Source of the DNA: a virus
Lineage: Duplodnaviria; Caudoviricetes
Length of the DNA stretch: 57,765 nucleotides
Virus record (IMG/VR): IMGVR_UViG_3300047481_002095
Span: 1-57,765 of that record
Reading direction: 5' to 3' (one strand)
Positions 47,205-57,093 of this stretch are shown here, piece by piece. The number at the start of each line of letters is the position of its first letter. The first letter of the stretch is position 1. A program made the position numbers and the translations under genes. Below the pieces are notes generated by a model. The model was not told where the DNA came from. It did no database searches and worked only from the letters and a program-made list of their open reading frames with translations.

Positions 47205-47532
47205 TGCTGAAAAGTTTGGTTTCAAGGTTGGAATTGCAGGCGATGAACAAAAAAAGCCTTGCAATCTTCAAATCATGACCTTAGAGAGAGTCAACAACTT
47301 TATTGACAATAAAAAGTTTGATGCCAAGTTGTCCGTAGAACTCAAGAAGTTGGCAGCAAGATATCCCCAACAAGCACTTGAAAATTTTATTCAAAATTTC
47401 AATACTCATTTACTGAATGCAAGAAAAACAATAAGATTGAGCAAGCCAACAACAACAATTCTTCCCGAATTAGGTGAAGATAAAGTTGAAAAGGAATTGA
47501 ATAATGCCCCGAAAATCAATGAATTTGAATAA
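47194..47532 (+). CDS. Hypothetical protein
   Basis: AAGGA RBS before ATG. Confidence 0.5.
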   Translation: MGNSAEKFGFKVGIAGDEQKKPCNLQIMTLERVNNFIDNKKFDAKLSVELKKLAARYPQQALENFIQNFNTHLLNARKTIRLSKPTTTILPELGEDKVEKELNNAPKINEFE

Positions 47533-48001
47533 TCCCATAGGCAGCAAAGTGCCTGTTGATATAGTTGCAGATTCAGATTTTTTCATACCAGTTTATAAGA
47601 CAGAGGGTGCTGCTGCTTGTGATTTGAGAGCAAACATAGAAAAGAATGATGCCGGACATGATTTTATAAGCATCATGCCAAATCAAACAGAAGTTATAGA
47701 TGTTGGTTTTAGTATGGCCATTCCAAGAGGATGGGAAGCTCAAATAAGAGTAAGAAGCAGTCTTGCCATCATGGGTTTACAAGTTACAAACTCACCCGGC
47801 ACCATTGATTCTGATTATAGAGGAAGAGTAAAGGTTATTGTAAACAGCACAAGCAAGCATATAATTAAAATAAGCCATGGTGATAGATTCGCACAAATGT
47901 TAATCAAACCAGTTTGGCAAATAGATTGGCAAAAAGTTCAAGAACTTGATGCCACTACTAGGAACACAGGCGGTTTTGGTTCCACAGGAAAAAATACATG
48001 A
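47504..48001 (+). CDS. dut: dUTPase (trimeric)
   Basis: AACDL, RSSLA, PGTIDSDYRG, RFAQML, RNTGGFGSTG. Confidence 0.95.
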   Translation: MPRKSMNLNNPIGSKVPVDIVADSDFFIPVYKTEGAAACDLRANIEKNDAGHDFISIMPNQTEVIDVGFSMAIPRGWEAQIRVRSSLAIMGLQVTNSPGTIDSDYRGRVKVIVNSTSKHIIKISHGDRFAQMLIKPVWQIDWQKVQELDATTRNTGGFGSTGKNT

Positions 48002-48207
48002 AAGTATTTGCCATCATAAGCATTGCAAGACAAGTGCAAGGCGAGTATGTTATTTGCAAAGTAGAAAAAGCATTTACTAGCTCTGTCAAGGCAGGGGAGT
48101 ATGCCAATTCTTTGGCAAGACAATACGCAGAAACAATTCAAACAGCCTCTGGCCCTTTGCAATGTGTTTGCGAAAGAGGCGTTTTTGAAATAGAAGTTAC
48201 CGAATAA
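47998..48207 (+). CDS. Hypothetical protein
   Basis: ATGA-coupled 69-aa ORF. Confidence 0.5.
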   Translation: MKVFAIISIARQVQGEYVICKVEKAFTSSVKAGEYANSLARQYAETIQTASGPLQCVCERGVFEIEVTE

Positions 48208-48219
48208 TAGGAGTTAAGA

Positions 48220-48948
48220 ATGACAGTACATAATCCTCTTGAAGGTGATCGCCCAGAAATGACAGTCAAGTTGCATGAAAATTCTGACGATCATATTTCA
48301 ATTATCGTTGTTCATAGGGATAGGCCCGAATACCTGAACATATGCCTTCAATCAATAGCAGTAACATCATTCAACAATAATTATGAAATTATTGTTGTTG
48401 ACAATGCTAGTGGCAAGGAATCACAAGACTTCCTCAAAGACATAGAGGGAGAAGTCAAGGTCGTAAGAAATGACAAAAACTTGTATTGGAGTGCCGCTTG
48501 CAATAGAGGAGTGCAGGCTGCTGACAAGAATAGCAAGTATTTCATTTTCATGCATTGCGATGTTGTAATACTGAATCCTGCATGGATTGATCTTATGATC
48601 AATGTCTCAGAAGCACAAGGATCAGGATTTGTTGGAATAGATACTCAGTCCTATATGATGGGTAGCCAAAAAGTAGACTTCCTACAAGACCATCTTACCC
48701 TTATGTCAAGAGAGGCATGGAATGATATTGGCCCTTGGCCCGAACAACTCCCACAAATCGGAACAACTTTTATCATGACAATAAAGGCCCAACAAAAAGG
48801 CCATAAACCACAAATCATGAAAAATCCAATTGTACATCATTATAAGATATTCAGTATGGATATATCAGAGTATGAGAGAATGACAGAACAGGCAATGTCA
48901 ACTTTGCCCAAACTTATGACAGATGTATATTCCAAGGCCGTTGGATGA
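48220..48948 (+). CDS. GT2 glycosyltransferase
   Basis: ISIIVV, YEIIVVDNAS, N.YWSAACNRG, FMHCDV. Confidence 0.85.
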   Translation: MTVHNPLEGDRPEMTVKLHENSDDHISIIVVHRDRPEYLNICLQSIAVTSFNNNYEIIVVDNASGKESQDFLKDIEGEVKVVRNDKNLYWSAACNRGVQAADKNSKYFIFMHCDVVILNPAWIDLMINVSEAQGSGFVGIDTQSYMMGSQKVDFLQDHLTLMSREAWNDIGPWPEQLPQIGTTFIMTIKAQQKGHKPQIMKNPIVHHYKIFSMDISEYERMTEQAMSTLPKLMTDVYSKAVG

Positions 48949-49601
48949 AACTAACTCATAAAGCTCATAATTTTATAATTTTAGACGAAGTCTTTGAACA
49001 AGAATCTTTTGATAAGATTGTCAAATACTTTTGTGGACTTGATTACGCAAAAAATAACAAGTTGGAAAAAGTTTGGCGAATATGCGATGGAGAACATTAT
49101 TCAAGCTCAACTAGCTATGCAAGCAAGTTTCCATTTGGCAGTCCCCTTGATAATATTCATCATGTAATCAAATACTTGACAGAAAATCATGCATCTGAGA
49201 TTGTTGGAAAGCAAAATGAGGATTGGAGCGAAATAACATATAGGCCATACATTTATCCTAGTGGATCAAGAATATCTTGGCATAATGATTTTGGATATAC
49301 AGCAGCGTGTATTTTTTATTGCCATAAAGAATGGAACCCTAGTTGGGGTGGAGAACTTATGGTCGCCAACACCATTCAACATGGAGATATGCCAAAAGTA
49401 ATAAGTCCAGACAATGACTTATCAAGAAATTCAATAAAGCCTACCTTGGATTATTATGGATATGGAAATTATATTTCTTGTTTGCCAAACAGAATGGTTT
49501 TCACCAGAGGTAAAACTTGGCACATGATAAACAGAGTCGATAAAGACGCAGGAGAAAATCTAAGATGCTCTTTTGTTGCCTTTTTTCATGAAAAGAAGTA
49601 G
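48945..49601 (+). CDS. 2OG-Fe(II) oxygenase (prolyl-hydroxylase-like)
   Basis: ISWHND, WNPSWGGEL, PNRMV, WHMI..V, R.S. Confidence 0.85.
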   Translation: MKLTHKAHNFIILDEVFEQESFDKIVKYFCGLDYAKNNKLEKVWRICDGEHYSSSTSYASKFPFGSPLDNIHHVIKYLTENHASEIVGKQNEDWSEITYRPYIYPSGSRISWHNDFGYTAACIFYCHKEWNPSWGGELMVANTIQHGDMPKVISPDNDLSRNSIKPTLDYYGYGNYISCLPNRMVFTRGKTWHMINRVDKDAGENLRCSFVAFFHEKK

Positions 49602-49602
49602 T

Positions 49603-50082
49603 TCACTTTTTCTTTAAATTTTCAATCTTCTTGATAAATTTGTCCCATTCCTCATTCATCCATATTGCTGGTGCATGAGAACAATAATGAGCAGCATAGC
49701 TCATGCAAAATATTTCGTCTGCTTCTTGCCTTAATGCGTGTTTTTGTGACTTTCTTTCAAACTTGTCAATTTGTTTTTGTTTGGTTTTCTTGACAATTTC
49801 ACGCCATTCTTTTTTCATATCATCAGTAACAAGATGTTCCCATATTAAATGAGCTATTTCGTGTAGTGTTGTGAACTCTCTTCCATAATTCCAAGGAGCA
49901 GCAACCACAATTTTAGTGTTGATAATATATCCTATGTGTTCATTATCTCCATCTAATGTATTTCCAGAAGTGTACTTGAAATGAAATCCATCAAGAAGGT
50001 CACGATGTCCTTTCGGCAATTTTGCCAAAAGTTCATCAACATTTTTTTGTTCTTCTGATTCTAAAAACAATTTGAAATTCAT
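49603..50082 (-). CDS. HExxH zinc-metallopeptidase-like protein with capsid-targeting-like N-terminus
   Basis: MNFKLFLESEE; TTLHEIAHLIW; EIFC; GAGG RBS. Confidence 0.65.
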   Translation of the reverse strand: MNFKLFLESEEQKNVDELLAKLPKGHRDLLDGFHFKYTSGNTLDGDNEHIGYIINTKIVVAAPWNYGREFTTLHEIAHLIWEHLVTDDMKKEWREIVKKTKQKQIDKFERKSQKHALRQEADEIFCMSYAAHYCSHAPAIWMNEEWDKFIKKIENLKKK

Positions 50083-50198
50083 TATTTCCTCTATAGTAGC
50101 TATGAAAAAAGACAATGATTTTTTAGATTTTTTCCAAAACATATGAATTACAAAATAACTTTTTGTAAGAACCGATAAATATATCTAAGAGGTATATT

Positions 50199-51662
50199 AT
50201 GGATCATATTCTTAATTTTCCAAATGGTGTTGGACAAGTTCAACTTTCAAATTCAAGCGGTGCCATAACAAGTGGAAATCCTTTGTCTGTGGACATAGGA
50301 AATTCTACTGTTAATTTGAATGTTTCTTCTGGAAATTTAAATGTATCAGTCACATCTGGCGCTGTTTCTGTTATTCATAGCGGATCATTCGTAAGTGCTA
50401 ACAATCCATTTCCTGTAACTTTTAGTGGCAATCCAGTCAACATTGGTTATTCCGATACCGCTGCTCTTGATGCATTCGGAAGATTAAGAGTTAGCAATCC
50501 CATGACCTTGTTTGATTGCCAGCTTGTTTATGGGTTGGAAAACATGATCTTCAATGATGTGATAACCGGAGGGGCTTCTATTTCAGCAAACACAAATGAA
50601 GCTTGCGCTGTTTTGGCAGTTGGCGGAACTTTGAATGACAAGGCAGTTCGACAAAGCAAACAGTATTTCAGATATCAGCCCGGCAAGTCTCATTTAATTT
50701 TGCAAACATTTGTTTTCGGAGCAGCAACAAATGGAATTCGCAAAAGAATTGGATACTTTGACGGAAGCGATGGTCTTTTCCTTGAGCAAATACCATCTGG
50801 AGTTGGTACTTCTGGTCTAAGATTTGTTGTAAGATCATCCACTACTGGAAGTCCAATTGACATAGCTGTTGACTCTACTGAATGGAACATTGATAACATG
50901 GATGGCACAGGGCCATCAGGAATCAATCTTGATATTACAAAGTCACAAATTTTGCTTATTGATTTGGAATGGCTAGGAGTTGGAAGAGTAAGGTTTGGTT
51001 TCGTAATTGATGGCAACATTTATTATGCACATCAAGTTTTGAACACAAATAATTTGAACAAAGTTTACATGACAACAGCAGACCTACCTGTTCGTTCTGA
51101 AATTGAAAACACAAGTGGTGGCAATATTGATTCAATGAAGATGATATGCTCATCTGTGAATAGTGAAGGTGGATTTAATAAAGCTGGCTTGCCTTTTAGT
51201 GTTGGAAATGGAATTGGAGTAAAAACAGTAACAACAAGAAGACCAATTATAAGCATCAAGCCAAATACAACATTCAACTCTGTGACAAATAGAATGGAGT
51301 TTAACATTTCTGACATCAATGTTTTTTCACAAACGAACACAGCATATTATGAAATTGTTTTGAATGGAATCCTCAATAGCGGTTCTTTTTCAAATGTTCA
51401 AAGTGGTTATAGCTGTATGTCATATGATACTAATTCAACAGTTATAAGTGGTGGAATTGTTTTGGCTTGTGGCTATGCTGTTGCAGGAGGGCCGGGAAGC
51501 AATGCCATTGGAGAAATATCTTCACACCTTGCAAGAGTTCCATTTACAGTCAACTATGCTGCCACAGATGCAGATGTTTTGACAGTTGTTGCCACTTGCA
51601 TAGAGGCTGCTCCTAAGACATCAACAGTAGGTGCAGTATTCAATTGGCAGGAAATAAGATAA
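50199..51662 (+). CDS. Probable virion structural protein (beta-rich, tail/fibre-associated)
   Basis: DAFGRLRVS, YQPGK, EWLGVGRVRFG; G/S/N/T-rich; late-type box upstream. Confidence 0.55.
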   Translation: MDHILNFPNGVGQVQLSNSSGAITSGNPLSVDIGNSTVNLNVSSGNLNVSVTSGAVSVIHSGSFVSANNPFPVTFSGNPVNIGYSDTAALDAFGRLRVSNPMTLFDCQLVYGLENMIFNDVITGGASISANTNEACAVLAVGGTLNDKAVRQSKQYFRYQPGKSHLILQTFVFGAATNGIRKRIGYFDGSDGLFLEQIPSGVGTSGLRFVVRSSTTGSPIDIAVDSTEWNIDNMDGTGPSGINLDITKSQILLIDLEWLGVGRVRFGFVIDGNIYYAHQVLNTNNLNKVYMTTADLPVRSEIENTSGGNIDSMKMICSSVNSEGGFNKAGLPFSVGNGIGVKTVTTRRPIISIKPNTTFNSVTNRMEFNISDINVFSQTNTAYYEIVLNGILNSGSFSNVQSGYSCMSYDTNSTVISGGIVLACGYAVAGGPGSNAIGEISSHLARVPFTVNYAATDADVLTVVATCIEAAPKTSTVGAVFNWQEIR

Positions 51663-51699
51663 TTTCTCAAAAATGTAATTGTGTTTAGTACATAGTTGT

Positions 51700-53652
51700 A
51701 TGGCTAAACCAAGAAAAAAACCTGTAAAGCAGGAAAAGCAACCTCAAAACAATCAACACGCAAATGTCAAGAAACAACAGTTTCATGTTGAGTTTTTGAA
51801 TGCAGCACAAAAATTAGCTTGGTCTGCTTTTGATCAACATGAAATTCTGTTTTTGTTGGGTAGTGCAGGTTCTGGAAAAAGTCATCTCGGTTGTGCTTTT
51901 GCCATTAGTGAAATACTTGCAAAAAGAAAACAAAAGATTGTCATAACAAGACCAACCATTGAGGCCGGGGGTACTGGACTTGGATATCTTCCCGGATGCC
52001 AACCCCTTACACAATCAATACTTACAGCAAGTGGTTGGACTACTATGGGTCAGATAAAACTAGGAGACAGAGTTATAGGCAGAGACGGAATGCCTACAGA
52101 GGTAATTGGTATTTATCCAAAAGGAAAGAAAGATACATATAAGGTTACAACATTCGATGGAACTTCTACTATTTGTTGCCTTGATCATTTGTGGTACACG
52201 CAGACAAAAGAAGAAAAGAACAAAAAGCAACAAGGAAAAGTTAGATCAACCAATGAAATTATTTCTGATCTAAAAAATGGTATTAAGCATTATCTTCCAA
52301 GGAATGAACCAGTTCATTATGACAAGAGGAATTTATATATTCCTCCATATACTCTTGGAGTTTTGTTGGGAGATGGTCACACAGAAAAAACTCGTGTCAG
52401 ATTTGCTAGTGCAGACCAAGAAATAGTGGAAAGGGTTACTAAAGAAGTTAAAAGCATGGGAGTTTATTGCAAGCAAGCAAAAAAACAATATAGTAAGGCT
52501 TGGTCTTATACTTTATCAAGTTCTGAAGGATATCGGGAAGGTATAAAGCCGGTAAAATTAACAGAAATAGAAAATGGGCATGAGTTTTATTTTGCGACAA
52601 ACGAAAAAGTAAGAGATTTTGTTTCTTGTAAAAAAGGAACTATTGATTCTAGGATCAATAAAGGAGCTATTGTTGATGGTTATAAGTATGAAAAATATGG
52701 TGAAGTTTGGAGAAATCCAGTATTAAAGCATTTGAAGCAATACGATCTTTATAAAAAGAAGGCGTGGGATAAATTTATTCCAGATGATTACAAGTATTCA
52801 AGTGTTCAGGACAGAATTGATATTCTTCGTGGACTTTGTGATACTGATGGTTCATGTCGCAAAAGGATAAAAGATCAAGTTACTTTTTATACTACTTCTC
52901 TTAGACTTGCAAACGATGTAATTGAGATTGTCCGATCACTTGGCGGGAGAGCAAGGTCGAGAAGCAGAGATAGGACTAAAGAAGAGAATAGAAATATTTT
53001 TGCTAGAAGGGTTTCGTATGAAGTTTCGATAGCGATGCCAAAACAAATTAACCCTTTTTATTTGAAAAGAAAAGCGGATAGATTTAATGGTAAAAATGTT
53101 TCTAATTTAGAAATTACATCTATAGAAAAAATTGGACATGAAGATGTTCAATGTATAAAAATTGACAATCAAGAACATTTATATTTGACTGATGATTTTA
53201 TTGTTACGCACAATACTGCCGACGAAAAATTACATCCATATATGCTTCCTTTATTTGATTGTATGGATAGGTGTTTGGGTGCCAATTCTCCATTAAGGGA
53301 ATACATAGCCAAATGCGTGGAAATAGCACCTTTGCAATTCATGAGAGGAAGGACATTTCATGATGCTGTTTGTATTTTGGATGAAGCCCAAAATTGCAAT
53401 TACAATGAAATCAAATTGTTTTTGACAAGATTTGGCCAGAACAGCAAGGTTATTATAACAGGTGATCCTATGCAAAGCGATTTGCATCCAAGAGATAGAG
53501 CGTTGATGCATGTTGTTGAAAGACTGTCAGGATTGAAAGGCGTGGGAGTTATTCATTTCAAACCAAGTTCCATAGTTCGTCATCCTTTGATTGCTGGAAT
53601 CTTGGAAAGACTAGAGGACAAGGAGAATACAGATGGCACTAGTAGTACCTGA
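51700..53652 (+). CDS. phoH: PhoH-family ATPase with one intein
   Basis: GSAGSGKS, ITRP, LGYLPG|T.DEK..PY, FMRGRTF, ILDEAQN, TGDPMQSD, VRHPLI. Confidence 0.92.
   Translation: MAKPRKKPVKQEKQPQNNQHANVKKQQFHVEFLNAAQKLAWSAFDQHEILFLLGSAGSGKSHLGCAFAISEILAKRKQKIVITRPTIEAGGTGLGYLPGCQPLTQSILTASGWTTMGQIKLGDRVIGRDGMPTEVIGIYPKGKKDTYKVTTFDGTSTICCLDHLWYTQTKEEKNKKQQGKVRSTNEIISDLKNGIKHYLPRNEPVHYDKRNLYIPPYTLGVLLGDGHTEKTRVRFASADQEIVERVTKEVKSMGVYCKQAKKQYSKAWSYTLSSSEGYREGIKPVKLTEIENGHEFYFATNEKVRDFVSCKKGTIDSRINKGAIVDGYKYEKYGEVWRNPVLKHLKQYDLYKKKAWDKFIPDDYKYSSVQDRIDILRGLCDTDGSCRKRIKDQVTFYTTSLRLANDVIEIVRSLGGRARSRSRDRTKEENRNIFARRVSYEVSIAMPKQINPFYLKRKADRFNGKNVSNLEITSIEKIGHEDVQCIKIDNQEHLYLTDDFIVTHNTADEKLHPYMLPLFDCMDRCLGANSPLREYIAKCVEIAPLQFMRGRTFHDAVCILDEAQNCNYNEIKLFLTRFGQNSKVIITGDPMQSDLHPRDRALMHVVERLSGLKGVGVIHFKPSSIVRHPLIAGILERLEDKENTDGTSST
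51997..53214 (+). mobile_element. Intein in PhoH with LAGLIDADG endonuclease (406 aa)
   Basis: Starts CQPL, ends FIVTHN followed by Thr; LGVLLGDGH and LRGLCDTDG motifs. Confidence 0.9.
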
Positions 53653-54043
53653 TCTTGGAGAAATTGAACTTCTTACAAAGTTGTTGAAAAACACAACTGA
53701 TACAGAAGACTATATTATTAGATTATACAAAAATAATTATAGTCCAATCAATACAACAGTTGTTGGAGACTTTACAGAGGCTGACTTTACTTCTTATGCT
53801 GAGAAAACAGTAGCAAGAGGAGATTGGTCATCACCTTCTACTGTTGCTATTAAAGCAGAATCAAGCGTTACAGCCCAATCTTGGACTTGTGGAGTCACAG
53901 GTAACACCGTTTATGGCTATTATGTGGTAGGGGCAACAAGTGGAGTTTGCCTTTGGGCAGAACAGTTTGCTGCTGCCAGAGTTCTAGCAGATGGTGATGT
54001 CCTGAATCTGACCCCCAAGTTTAATCTTGCAAGCGCAAACTAA
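53633..54043 (+). CDS. Probable virion structural protein
   Basis: IRLYKNN...FTEADF..Y...VYGYYV...WAE.F pattern; AAGGAG RBS. Confidence 0.5.
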   Translation: MALVVPDLGEIELLTKLLKNTTDTEDYIIRLYKNNYSPINTTVVGDFTEADFTSYAEKTVARGDWSSPSTVAIKAESSVTAQSWTCGVTGNTVYGYYVVGATSGVCLWAEQFAAARVLADGDVLNLTPKFNLASAN

Positions 54044-54105
54044 TTGCTTTAAGGCTTTGTCCCTGAATTTATGCGGATTTTAGCATAAGACAGTAAATAG
54101 TTTAT

Positions 54106-55677
54106 ATGACCATTTTCAATGAAACTATGAGCGATGGTTCACTAATAGATGGTGAGGCCATAGTTTCATTGGTGTCACAAGAAAGCGGAATTGATGGTTC
54201 ACTAATAGATGGATTGTCATCTTTATCTGTTGAATCATCATATGTCATGGAAGATGGCGTTTTGTTAAATGGAAGTTCTCTTCTTTCAGTTAATTTCGAT
54301 GAGTATGGAGAATCTGGAGTTGAGTTAGATGGCTCATATAGTGCAGTTGTTTCTTTAAGTGTTGACTTATTTACAAATTATTCAATAAACAATGAAATTG
54401 ATGTAGACGCATCATTTTTTTATAGTGTTGGGGAATTACCATTATATTGGTGGCAAATTGAAGGGTATGTTTGGCCACCTGATGACACAAGATGTCTTGG
54501 AATTACGCCATCTACGGAGAGACAAAACTTTATACAAACAATTCTTGCGAGAACACCAAAAGAAGTTTGTGAATACTTTGATCGTGAAAATAGAAACTGG
54601 CAGATTGTAAGTGTAAAAAGATTTACGCAACCCGCAGATGCATTTTTGGCAGATCAAACAGATAATTGCAATCAATTATATCAAATAAATGCAATTTGTC
54701 CTAATTTTACAATTAGCAATAGGCCTCTTATTCAAATAGGAGCAAAGGTAAGAGTAAGTCAATTATTCAAAAGATATACGGGAAGTGGAGGGGCAACTTT
54801 TTATGGACAGGCAGATGCATCAATCATAAGTGGTGGAGTAACACCAACAGCATCATCATATTCCTATGCAAGTAGTGGTTTTGTTGTAACAACAGGAGGT
54901 TCTGCTGATTCAGAATCAAGCTTTGATGTTTCATATGTGACATATGGTGGAGTCAAAGTTTTGCTGGATGAGTATATTCTATTTGGATTGGGAACAGCGC
55001 CTTTGCTACCTGTTCCCGCTGATTTAGTAGAAACGGCTTGCGGTACTTGTATTGCATTTCCTCTCAATCTTTATATCGAAGATAATTTGGAAAATCCAAG
55101 TATATTTGCCAACTTTTTGAGAAGAAATGCATTTGAAATGCCTGATTTGATGAAGGTCTCATATAGCAATAGACTTGAGTTCTGGTCTCAATCACAACAC
55201 TTCACAGGACTTTCTACTGATAGTTCCGCAGAAGAATTGTGGAGAGTTCAATATGAGTTTGGTTGTACATCCAATTATGATGGAGAAACAGGTTCATATC
55301 CTCTTTTGAAGTTTTCAATACTTATAACTAAAAAAAACCTAACAACAAATGCAACATCTGACACAAAGGTTTTAGTTTATTTGCCACCAGAACAAGTTTG
55401 TAATATAATAAGAAATTTTTCTCAGGATTTAATTTTTCAAGTTAATGTAAGAACACAAAACCTAACTAATATCAATAATATTACGGCAGAGAGCGTTTTG
55501 ATAATGGATAATATAGGAATATTTTCATCAACTTATTGGGCATCAAACCCAAATTTGGAAATCAGAATTACTGCAATAGACACTACTACAACTGTGAATA
55601 CTGTAGATATTTTCCCTATTTTCCCGACTAATCCTGTTGTTTTTAGTGGAGAAGAGGGATTAATTGCCTTGGTTTGA
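54106..55677 (+). CDS. Probable virion structural protein
   Basis: Acidic, S/G/T-rich, N-terminal GSLIDG repeats; late-type box upstream. Confidence 0.45.
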   Translation: MTIFNETMSDGSLIDGEAIVSLVSQESGIDGSLIDGLSSLSVESSYVMEDGVLLNGSSLLSVNFDEYGESGVELDGSYSAVVSLSVDLFTNYSINNEIDVDASFFYSVGELPLYWWQIEGYVWPPDDTRCLGITPSTERQNFIQTILARTPKEVCEYFDRENRNWQIVSVKRFTQPADAFLADQTDNCNQLYQINAICPNFTISNRPLIQIGAKVRVSQLFKRYTGSGGATFYGQADASIISGGVTPTASSYSYASSGFVVTTGGSADSESSFDVSYVTYGGVKVLLDEYILFGLGTAPLLPVPADLVETACGTCIAFPLNLYIEDNLENPSIFANFLRRNAFEMPDLMKVSYSNRLEFWSQSQHFTGLSTDSSAEELWRVQYEFGCTSNYDGETGSYPLLKFSILITKKNLTTNATSDTKVLVYLPPEQVCNIIRNFSQDLIFQVNVRTQNLTNINNITAESVLIMDNIGIFSSTYWASNPNLEIRITAIDTTTTVNTVDIFPIFPTNPVVFSGEEGLIALV

Positions 55678-55680
55678 AAA

Positions 55681-55974
55681 ATGGAAATCTTCATGTTGTA
55701 TTTAATTTTTTTCGCTATATTGGCGAACATTATTTTGATGTTTTTCATAGGCGTTTATGTTGTCAGGATGAATGAAAGAATCAACAAGATGATAACAGAA
55801 CTTGTTGAGATTATATCTGGAATGGATTCAAGTTCTCCTCCAGTAGTAGATGCAAAGCAAAAAACTTGGGATCAAAAGTACGAGGATGAATTAGAGCAAA
55901 TAACAAAAAGAATGAGACAAGCATCGGGACTATTGGATTTGCCTTCTGGACGATCCTATGATGCTCCTAATTGA
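55681..55974 (+). CDS. Single-pass membrane protein
   Basis: Long N-terminal hydrophobic helix. Confidence 0.55.
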   Translation: MEIFMLYLIFFAILANIILMFFIGVYVVRMNERINKMITELVEIISGMDSSSPPVVDAKQKTWDQKYEDELEQITKRMRQASGLLDLPSGRSYDAPN

Positions 55975-56016
55975 AATCACAAAAATTAATTGATTTAAGG
56001 GCAAAAAAAGGCTAAT

Positions 56017-57030
56017 GTGTCCTCAAGAGAGGACTTGCCCGTGACCAAAAAAATTAAATATTTGATGTTCCAAAGCACTAGAAGGTTTGGTGTAGAGATA
56101 GAGGTTGGAAGTGAAGTAAAAAAGAATGATGTTAAGTTCGCAATAGAAGAATCAATGAACCAAAAAGCTTATGTAAGCAGATATGCTCTTTCAAACAATA
56201 ACAAGTATTGGCATATAAAGGATGATGCTTCTTGTGGCATCAAAGGCAGAAAAGGCCCTAAGGGTGTTGAAATAGCATCATTTGTTGGTAGTGGCTTGTC
56301 TGATATAGACAACATATCAGAAGTAGCAGTTGTTTTAGAAGGCATTGGATGCAAGATTAATGATAATTGTGGTTTTCATGTTCATGTAGAAGTTAATGAT
56401 TTGTCTCTTAAGCAAGTTGTTGTTTTGATGGCTCATTGGATCAAGATTGAAAAAATACTAAGCATGACTTTGCCAGTTAGAAGAATCAACAATGAGCATT
56501 GCAAGTTTGTTTGCAATCCATTCGATAAGAAAAAAGCTGTAATGGAACACGGCAACTCATACACTCTTGAACAAATATGGGAATGCGTTTGTCCCAAGAA
56601 TTTAAGTTATTATGACAATGATGATAGAAGGTTCAATTTGAATCTTGTTAATTTAGTTCGATCAATGAGAGACAATACTCATAGTAGACGAACATTAGAG
56701 CTTAGATGGCCAGAGGGAACTCTGAATGCTGTTGACATTCGTTGTTGGGTCAAATTGTTCATTATGTTTATTGAGAATTGCAAGGATCGTTCTGTTCCTT
56801 TTGATTTAACATCTTATGAACTCGAAAAAACATTAGAATGTTTTGGGTTGGATCACTATCCCGAATGCTTTTTCATTTATAGCGATTCTATACAAGAGCT
56901 TAAAACATGGTTCTTAGAAAGAATACTTTTGCATGGCATAGAACTCAAGGATTTGTTTGATGTTGAAAACACGATTAAAAGAGCAAAGATTATTTTGAAT
57001 AAAATGTGGAATCCAGAAAGGAAATATTGA
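56017..57030 (+). CDS. Putative amidoligase-family enzyme
   Basis: RRFGVEIE, W.IKDDAS, GVEIAS, CGFHVHV, TLELR. Confidence 0.8.
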   Translation: MSSREDLPVTKKIKYLMFQSTRRFGVEIEVGSEVKKNDVKFAIEESMNQKAYVSRYALSNNNKYWHIKDDASCGIKGRKGPKGVEIASFVGSGLSDIDNISEVAVVLEGIGCKINDNCGFHVHVEVNDLSLKQVVVLMAHWIKIEKILSMTLPVRRINNEHCKFVCNPFDKKKAVMEHGNSYTLEQIWECVCPKNLSYYDNDDRRFNLNLVNLVRSMRDNTHSRRTLELRWPEGTLNAVDIRCWVKLFIMFIENCKDRSVPFDLTSYELEKTLECFGLDHYPECFFIYSDSIQELKTWFLERILLHGIELKDLFDVENTIKRAKIILNKMWNPERKY

Positions 57031-57055
57031 ATTGCGATTGAAAAAACTATATAAT
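57027..57055 (+). promoter_or_regulatory. Sigma70-type promoter of the sigma factor gene
   Basis: TTGAAT-17 bp-TATAAT. Confidence 0.55.
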
Positions 57056-57093
57056 TTAACTGTTTAACTTTCACCTAACTTTCAAGGACTTTT

